A DNA stretch of 64,000 nt, taken from positions 15,309 through 79,308 of the forward strand of contig CBDCWP010000004.1 of the NCBI GenBank assembly GCA_965223505.1, written 5' to 3'. Positions 57,986-64,000 of this stretch are shown one piece after another. Made by a program: the position numbers and the translations under genes. The notes beneath the pieces are model-generated. The model did no database searches and was not told where the DNA came from. It saw only the letters and a program-made list of their open reading frames with translations. This stretch comes from Planctomycetota bacterium. Its GTDB lineage: Bacteria; Planctomycetota; PLA2; JAEUHO01. Numbering within the stretch: position 1 is the first letter of the stretch; the number at the start of each line of letters is the position of its first letter.

Positions 57986-59323
57986 ATCAGCTAGCTGATT
58001 CAAGCGAAGCGGGCGCGCCGCCATCTCCCGGGGTCAACTGAGTGGCGGATCAACGCCGTACCTTTGCAGGTCTACGACAACTTGCATTGGAGATCGACGT
58101 GACCCACCACGAACAGCGTACGCCGTGGGCCGACGCCCTGGAAGCGCTCAGCGAGAGCGGATTCGACGGCATGGCCGAGGCGATGCGAGTGCTGATCAAC
58201 GAGTCCATGAGAATCGAACGCAGTGCCTTCCTCGGCGCTGAACCGCACGAGCGCAGCGAGCAGCGTCGCGGGTACGCCAACGGGTTCAAGCCCAAGCGCG
58301 TTCGCACGCGCCTAGGCGAGATCGACGTACAGGTGCCTCAGGTGCGCGACGTCGAGGGCGGCGATGCGTTTTACCCATCGAGCCTTGAACGCGGCCAGCG
58401 AAGCGAGAGAGCGCTCACGCTGGCTTTGGCGGAGATGTACGTCCAGGGTGTTTCGACGCGCCGTGTCGAGGAGATTACGAAGGTGCTTTGCAACGGCCTT
58501 GAAATCAGCTCCACGAGCGTGTCGCGAGCAGCTGCGCTGCTCGATGAGGAGCTTTCGCGTTGGCGCACACGGCCGCTCGGGGCATTCAAGTACCTCGTGC
58601 TCGATGCCCGCTACGAGAAGGTGCGCCACGGCGGATCGGTGCGCGACTGCGCGCTGCTCATCGCCATCGGCATCGGCCACGACGGCAGGCGCAGCGTGCT
58701 GGGAACGAGCGTGAGCCTTTCGGAAGCCGAGGTTCACTGGCGCGAGTTCCTCAGCTCGCTCCAGGACCGCGGACTGCATGGCGTCGAGCTCATCACCAGC
58801 GACGGCCACAAGGGCTTGGCCGCCGCGCTCGCTGCCCGCTTCGCCGGCGTCGCCTGGCAGCGCTGCCAGTTCCACCTGCAGCAGAACGCACAAGCTTACG
58901 TGCCGCGTCAGAAGCTTCGACGCGACGTCGCCGCTGATCTTCGCGCCGCGTTCAACGCGACGTCGCGGCGCGAGGCTCAAGAGAAGCTCGAGGCCTTCGT
59001 AAAGAAGTGGGACAAGCCCGCGCCCGACTTGGCGCGTTGGGCCGAGGAGAACATCTCGCAGGGATTCACCGTGTTCGACCATGGCCTCAACGAGGCGCAA
59101 CGCAAGCGCCTGCGCACCACCAACAGCCTCGAAAACCTGAATCAACAGATCCGGCGGCGCACGCGTGTTGCCGGACTCTTTCCAAACGAAGCGTCCTTGC
59201 TGCGGCTTGCGAGCGCGGTGCTCATCGAGATCAGCGAGGAATGGGAAACCGGACGGAGGTACTTGCCGAGGGACGACGCTTGATCAACCGCTCAGCGATT
59301 TACAGAAAGAACGTTGCTCTGCC
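57927..59323 (+). mobile_element. IS256-family element, copy C (1397 bp)
   Basis: Same IRs. 8-bp target duplication TGAGTTTG at 57919-57926 and 59324-59331. Confidence 0.95.
58099..59283 (+). CDS. IS256-family transposase
   Basis: Same motifs. Identical protein to copy B. Confidence 0.95.
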   Translation: MTHHEQRTPWADALEALSESGFDGMAEAMRVLINESMRIERSAFLGAEPHERSEQRRGYANGFKPKRVRTRLGEIDVQVPQVRDVEGGDAFYPSSLERGQRSERALTLALAEMYVQGVSTRRVEEITKVLCNGLEISSTSVSRAAALLDEELSRWRTRPLGAFKYLVLDARYEKVRHGGSVRDCALLIAIGIGHDGRRSVLGTSVSLSEAEVHWREFLSSLQDRGLHGVELITSDGHKGLAAALAARFAGVAWQRCQFHLQQNAQAYVPRQKLRRDVAADLRAAFNATSRREAQEKLEAFVKKWDKPAPDLARWAEENISQGFTVFDHGLNEAQRKRLRTTNSLENLNQQIRRRTRVAGLFPNEASLLRLASAVLIEISEEWETGRRYLPRDDA

Positions 59324-59367
59324 TGAGTTTGGGGGCGTCTACGCGCACGCAGGTGCAGGGAGTGAAG

Positions 59368-59440
59368 TAGGGGCAGAGGGACTCGAACCCCCGACCGTTG
59401 GCTTAAAAGGCCACTGCTCTACCAACTGAGCTATGCCCCC
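59368..59440 (-). tRNA. tRNA-Lys(TTT)
   Basis: Minus strand GGGGGCATAGCTCAGTTGGTAGAGCAGTGGC-CT-TTT-AA-GCCAACGGTCGGGGGTTCGAGTCCCTCTGCCCCTA. CCA not encoded. Confidence 0.93.
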
Positions 59441-59504
59441 ACGAAGGGCCCGCGAGTGTACGCCACGCTCACGCACGCTCCCAACCCGTGTAGGGTGCGC
59501 GCAC

Positions 59505-60941
59505 ATGGCGAGACGCCTCCTCCCCCTCGCATGTTTCGTGCTCGCCCTCGCCGCCGATCCCGTGCCGTCCGCCCACGCCGCCGACCGCGGCTGGGACTAC
59601 CTCGTCACCGCCGACGAGAACCTCTCCACCCTGCGCGTTCGCATCTGCTTCCGCCGCTTCGCGCCCAAACACCTCACCGTCGGCGAACCCGCCGCGCTCG
59701 AAGCCATGCGCTTCCCCGCCGCGGCGCGCGGACGCGCCCGACTTCAGCTCGACGAGCGCCGCTGGGGCGCGCGCCCCGTCGACGTCGGTCCGAACGACTG
59801 CGTCACCTACGAGATCGACGTCGCCAAGCTCGACGCGCACCCCAAGCTGCGCCAGGCCAATCATCTCGGCAAGGACCTCGTCGTACCGCCCGGCTACCTC
59901 TTCCTGCGACCCGCGCTCTGGCCGCGCGACGTCAAGGTCACCTTGCGTGTCGAGCTGCCCGCGCCGTGGCGGGCGGCGATTCCGTGGCGCCCCGTCGCGA
60001 ACACCGCCGACACGTATCAACTCTGGGACACCTGTCTCAGCAAGACCGGGATCCTCGCGTTCGGACGCTTCGACATCGACGTCGTGCACACGTCGAAGAC
60101 GCAGATTCGATACGCCATCCTCGACGCCCCGCACACCGCGACGAAGCAAGGCATCGCCGCGTGGCTGAAGGCCGCCGCCGACGCCGTCGCGAATTTGTTC
60201 GGCCGCTTCCCCGCGCCGCGCGTCACCGTGCTGGTCGCGCCCACCGGCGTCACGCGCGTGCCGGTCATGTTCGGGCGCGCCATGCAGCCCGGCGGCGCCA
60301 ACGTCATGTTCTATATCTCGCAGACCGTGAGCGACGAAGCGCTCGTCGGCGAGTGGGTCGCCGTGCACGAGTTCACCCACCTCGGCATGTCGTGGACCAA
60401 GGACAGCGAAGCCTGGTACCAGGAAGGCTTCACGACGTACTACCAGGAGGTGCTGCGCGCCCGCGCCGGCTTCCAGTCCGTCCAGGGCGGTTGGCAGCAG
60501 CTGCACGAGGGCTTCGGCCGCGGCCGCGGCGCCTTGTCCGGACGCACGCTCGCCGAAACCAGCCGCGACATGCACCGGCGGCACTCGTACTGGCACGTCT
60601 ACTGGAGCGGCGCCGCCATCGCGTTGCAGTGCGATCTCGCCATCCGGCGCTACACCGCCGGCAAGCGCAACCTCGATGATGCGATCCGCTATCTCTACCG
60701 CCGGCCCGACCGCGGATCGAGTGCCAAGACCGGACTCGAGCTGCTGCGGCAGATCGATGCGTGGATCGGCAAGCCGCTCTGCGTCCCGATCGCGACGAAG
60801 CACCTCCGGAGCGACGCGTTTCCGGATCTCGCCGCCGCCTACCGCGAGCTCGGCTTGCGCGGCGGCGATCGCGTCACGTTTGCGGACGGTCTGCAACCGG
60901 ACGGCGTCGCGTTTCGGATCATGAGCAAGGACGGACGCTGA
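59505..60941 (+). CDS. secreted gluzincin metallopeptidase (M61/M1-like)
   Basis: Signal peptide, HEFTH...WYQEGFTTYY, VYWSGA. Confidence 0.8.
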   Translation: MARRLLPLACFVLALAADPVPSAHAADRGWDYLVTADENLSTLRVRICFRRFAPKHLTVGEPAALEAMRFPAAARGRARLQLDERRWGARPVDVGPNDCVTYEIDVAKLDAHPKLRQANHLGKDLVVPPGYLFLRPALWPRDVKVTLRVELPAPWRAAIPWRPVANTADTYQLWDTCLSKTGILAFGRFDIDVVHTSKTQIRYAILDAPHTATKQGIAAWLKAAADAVANLFGRFPAPRVTVLVAPTGVTRVPVMFGRAMQPGGANVMFYISQTVSDEALVGEWVAVHEFTHLGMSWTKDSEAWYQEGFTTYYQEVLRARAGFQSVQGGWQQLHEGFGRGRGALSGRTLAETSRDMHRRHSYWHVYWSGAAIALQCDLAIRRYTAGKRNLDDAIRYLYRRPDRGSSAKTGLELLRQIDAWIGKPLCVPIATKHLRSDAFPDLAAAYRELGLRGGDRVTFADGLQPDGVAFRIMSKDGR

Positions 60942-61180
60942 TCGCCGCGTCAGCCTTCTCTGGCGCGACGCGCGCCCCTCGCTGAGGCGGGTGTTCGCAC
61001 GCGGGATCCGGGGTCGTTCGTTCGGGGTCGGGTCGTCGGAGCGAAGGCACCGCGAAGCCGACGAGGAGGCCGCGTGGTCGCCCACGCAACGACGAGAGCG
61101 AGCGGCAGCGAGCGGTCGGCAATGCGCTGCCGAGCTGCCGGCGAGCCGCACGGCATGCGGAACGACCCGCTCCCCGACCC

Positions 61181-62149
61181 CTACCTCGTGCGGCGGATCC
61201 AGAAGCTGCCAGCACCCATGCCGTAGCCCTCGTCGAAGGCCTTGAACGCCTTGCGCAGCGCGTTCGGGTGGTTCTGCACCATGTACTGCCCGGCCCACAG
61301 CACCTCGAAGTGCTCGTTGTAGGCCATGAACGCCTGCAACAAGTACTGCTCGTTCCAGAAGCGATTGTGCTCCATGACCCAGTACTTCGGGTACGAGCTC
61401 GGAAGAAAGATGTCGTGGATGTGCACCAGCACGCCCGGCTTGAGCCGCGGGAGGATCTCCAGGAACTCGTACTGCAGATCCCCGCCGATCCGAACGACGT
61501 GCGACGTGTCGAGAAAGAGAATGTCGTCCCGACCGAGCACCTCGAACTCCGCCAGCGAGATGCTCTCGACCTTCTCGATGGCCAGCTGCGTCAGCCCCGG
61601 GATCTCGCCGGAGATCATGTCGCGCGGGTGCGGCTCGATCGCGAGGAACTCGCACGAGTGACCCTCTTCTTCGTTCTTCAGAAGCGCCTGGGCGGTCAGG
61701 AGCGTCGAGTAACCGGACCCGACCTCGACGAGTCGGTTCGGCTTGAAGTGCCGCACCATGCCGTACAGCATCTCCGCGTCGATGGACGTGAAGTTGCCGT
61801 TCTCGAGGAAGAACTCGTGCGGCTTGCCCGTCGCCTCCCGCGGGAACGCGTCGTACTCCGGCTTGCACGTGTCGGCGATCGCGTTCATCAACGCCAGCTG
61901 CTCGCCGTCGTTCATGTCCACGCCGATCAGGTCGGTCGTCCGCATGAAGACGGCGTCGCTCAGCTCCCGCGTGTCCGGGATGGGGGAGCGGTAGTCCGCC
62001 TTGACCACGTGGATGCCGCGCTTCTGCCACAGCGCGAAGTAACGCCGGTCGCGCAGGATCCCGAACGGCAGGATCCAGCTGAGCAGCTTCGCCACCGCGC
62101 CACGGAATCCGTGGCGTAGCCTGCGACCGAGCTTCTCCTTCTTCGGCAC
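61181..62149 (-). CDS. class I SAM-dependent methyltransferase (Methyltransf_24-like)
   Basis: VEVGSGYST, DILFLDTSH, LKPGVLVHIHDIF, WNEQYLL. GTG start after GGAGG. Confidence 0.85.
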   Translation of the reverse strand: MPKKEKLGRRLRHGFRGAVAKLLSWILPFGILRDRRYFALWQKRGIHVVKADYRSPIPDTRELSDAVFMRTTDLIGVDMNDGEQLALMNAIADTCKPEYDAFPREATGKPHEFFLENGNFTSIDAEMLYGMVRHFKPNRLVEVGSGYSTLLTAQALLKNEEEGHSCEFLAIEPHPRDMISGEIPGLTQLAIEKVESISLAEFEVLGRDDILFLDTSHVVRIGGDLQYEFLEILPRLKPGVLVHIHDIFLPSSYPKYWVMEHNRFWNEQYLLQAFMAYNEHFEVLWAGQYMVQNHPNALRKAFKAFDEGYGMGAGSFWIRRTR

Positions 62150-62227
62150 CGCGCCAACCTCCCGGGGTACGGCTGAGAAGGGTATTCTCTCACGCCGCCT
62201 CGTGAAACCCAGGAGCACCCGATTCCC

Positions 62228-62797
62228 GTGTACTCGACCAGCGACCTAAAGAAGGGCCTCATCATCGAGCTCGACGGCGCGCCGCACGTCGTCGAGTCGG
62301 TCAAGATCTCGTCGCCGACGGCGCGCGGCGGCAACACCATCTCGCGCGTGCGGCTGCGCAACCTCAAGACCAAGCAGAAGGTGGACAAGTCGTTTCGCGG
62401 CAGCGAGTCGTTCGCCGACCCCGCCTTCGAGAAGCGCGACTGCCAGCTGCTCTATCGCGAGCAGGACACGTTCCACTTCATGGACCAGATGACGTTCGAG
62501 CAGTTCTTCTTCGAGAAGGACGACATCGAGTGGGAGGCGAACTTCCTGCGCGACGAGCTCGAGGGCATTCGCGCGCTGATCTACAACGACGAGGTGATCG
62601 GCTTGGAGCTGCCGTCCCACGTCACGCTGAAGATCGCCGAAACCCAGCCGTCGATCAAAGGAGCGTCCGCAACCGCGCGCACCAAGCCGGCGACGCTCGA
62701 GACGGGACACGTCGTCCAGGTGCCGGAGCACATCGGTCCCGACGACGTCCTCAACGTCGATACGCGCACCGGCGAGTTCCTGGGGCGGGCGAACTAG
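62228..62797 (+). CDS. efpL: elongation factor P family protein, EfpL/YeiP-like
   Basis: DLKKG, loop SSPTARGG instead of PGKG, FMD, KPATLETG, VDTRTGEF. Confidence 0.8.
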   Translation: MYSTSDLKKGLIIELDGAPHVVESVKISSPTARGGNTISRVRLRNLKTKQKVDKSFRGSESFADPAFEKRDCQLLYREQDTFHFMDQMTFEQFFFEKDDIEWEANFLRDELEGIRALIYNDEVIGLELPSHVTLKIAETQPSIKGASATARTKPATLETGHVVQVPEHIGPDDVLNVDTRTGEFLGRAN

Positions 62798-63489
62798 CTC
62801 TTGGTCTCCGGCGGTCCTATCCGCCAGAGCGCGAATCGGATCAGCAGCACGAGCGCGATGATCCCGATGGCGACGGCGGCGATTACGTCGTAGCTGTGAA
62901 AGTGGTCTTCGAGCGCCTCGCCGGCCCACGTCGAGACGCCCACCAACGCCACGACGTACACGGCGACCGTCACGAACAGCGTGACCAGGAACGTCACCGG
63001 CCGAACGCCCAGCATGCCCGCCGCGAAGTACGCGGGGACGCGCACCGCCGGGAGCAGCCGCACGAGCGTGAGGACGAGGACGGCGCGCTTGCGCATCCAC
63101 GTCTCACAGCGTTGCACGTCCGTCTCCTTGACGACCCAGCGCATCGGCCGGGCCCGAAGCGCCGCGGGTCCGACGAAGCGGCCGAGAAGGTAGAGCGCGA
63201 CGTCGGACACGACGATGCCCGTGAAACAGGCGGCCGCAGCGAGGACGAAGGTCATCCGGCCCGCGCCGGCCGCGATGCCCGCGCCGATGCACGTCAGGTC
63301 CTCGGTGATGCACGCGGCCAGCGCGGCGAGCACGAAGAGCGCGCCGGCGCTCTCGCCGTCCGTCTCGAACGGGCTGCCGGTGTGGCTGGTGAGGACGTGC
63401 GTCACGGCCAGCCCTGCGACGATCAGGGCCGCAGCGAGGCCCAGAATGCGCCAGATCCGGCCGCGTCGGGAGGGCGGGTCCTTGGTCAA
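62794..63489 (-). CDS. DedA/VTT family membrane protein
   Basis: EDLTCIGAG, SDVALYLLGR, RLLPAVR...AGML. TTG start after GGAGG (uncertain). Confidence 0.8.
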   Translation of the reverse strand: MTKDPPSRRGRIWRILGLAAALIVAGLAVTHVLTSHTGSPFETDGESAGALFVLAALAACITEDLTCIGAGIAAGAGRMTFVLAAAACFTGIVVSDVALYLLGRFVGPAALRARPMRWVVKETDVQRCETWMRKRAVLVLTLVRLLPAVRVPAYFAAGMLGVRPVTFLVTLFVTVAVYVVALVGVSTWAGEALEDHFHSYDVIAAVAIGIIALVLLIRFALWRIGPPETKS

Positions 63490-63627
63490 CGGGCCTCCAA
63501 CGTCCCAAGTCGATTCCCGGAAGCGGCTTACAATGGTCCCGCCTTTCGGGCGGCGTGTCAGGATCGCGCGACGTTTGGATATACCTGGCAGTCCCCCTGT
63601 GGGCGAGGTGGGAATGGAGACCGTTGC

Positions 63628-64000
63628 ATGCTGCGCGTGATGTCCTGTTCCCTTGTCTTCGCGTCGGCGCTTCTGGCGGCCCTGGTGTTCGTCGACGTCG
63701 AGCCCGCGCTCGCCCACGGCGGCAAGATCATCCCGCCGCCCGGCCGCCAGCCCATTCCGGTGATGCCGCCGCCCGTCAACATCCCCAACGGCGGCAATCC
63801 GTCGCCGACGACGGGCCGGCCGAACCCCCGCGTGACGACCCCCGGCGGGCGCGCGCGCACCGGCGGCGGACCGCTGCGGCCGGCGCTGCCGCAGGCGCTG
63901 CCCACCGCCGACTGGGAGACCTGGTGGGGGCTCAACCGCTGGGGCTTCCTCCCCGAGCGCCTCGGCGTTCGACTGAAGTCCGACAAGGCCGTCACGCCGA
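63628..64000 (+). CDS. secreted Pro-rich protein, partial (probably a HEAT-repeat protein N-terminus)
   Basis: Signal peptide ending ALA-HGG, Pro/Gly-rich stretch, WETWWGLNRWGFL. Runs off the window. Confidence 0.6.
   Translation, partial: MLRVMSCSLVFASALLAALVFVDVEPALAHGGKIIPPPGRQPIPVMPPPVNIPNGGNPSPTTGRPNPRVTTPGGRARTGGGPLRPALPQALPTADWETWWGLNRWGFLPERLGVRLKSDKAVTP

Larger units (their letters stand above)
48480..59367. mobile_element. integrative genomic island at the 3' end of tRNA-Lys (left boundary approximate)
   Basis: Visibly lower GC and atypical codons. Tyrosine integrase next to the tRNA 3' end, three IS copies and several broken genes. No left att duplication found. Confidence 0.65.

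Noticed and set aside
52899..59323. Composite transposon bounded by IS copies B and C
   Set aside because: Each copy has its own separate 8-bp target duplication.
48480..59367. Prophage
   Set aside because: No structural, packaging or replication genes, only an integrase and an RHH protein.
59367..59376. GTAGGGGCAG shared by the tRNA-Lys 3' end (antisense) and the REP head, as a possible att site
   Set aside because: Only 10 nt match, and the REP copies lie in the core region far from the island. Most likely coincidence.

Overview
High-GC bacterial window, probably Planctomycetota (inferred from gene order and protein styles, not proven). 1-24.3 kb is a housekeeping block: coaE (partial), tatC, ychF, cinA, tRNA-Gln, glmU, prs, rplY, pth, rpsF-rpsR-rplI, dnaB, bamA-skp-lpxC/fabZ-lpxA-Gfo/Idh/MocA and rpsB-tsf-pyrH-frr. 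It carries two clusters of the same GTAG-type REP-like repeat. The most interesting part is 27.8-47 kb, a co-oriented minus-strand putative RiPP gene cluster of a type I do not recognise. It contains a histidine kinase and sigma-54 response regulator, a cNMP/C39 peptidase ABC exporter, and a HlyD fused to an M28/glutaminyl-cyclase-like domain with altered catalytic residues. It also has two double-glycine precursor peptides (one hidden by a 1-nt frameshift), three paralogous MBL-fold proteins (one lacking the metal motif), a NodU/CmcH carbamoyltransferase, an SGNH/TPR protein and tldD-tldE, with rtcB downstream. About 48.5-59.4 kb is a decaying island at tRNA-Lys, with a tyrosine integrase and RHH protein, three IS256-family copies, and broken HNH and PD-(D/E)XK-like genes. 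The window ends with a gluzincin peptidase, a methyltransferase, an EfpL-like EF-P paralogue, DedA and a partial gene. All calls rest on reading motifs by eye; no searches were run.
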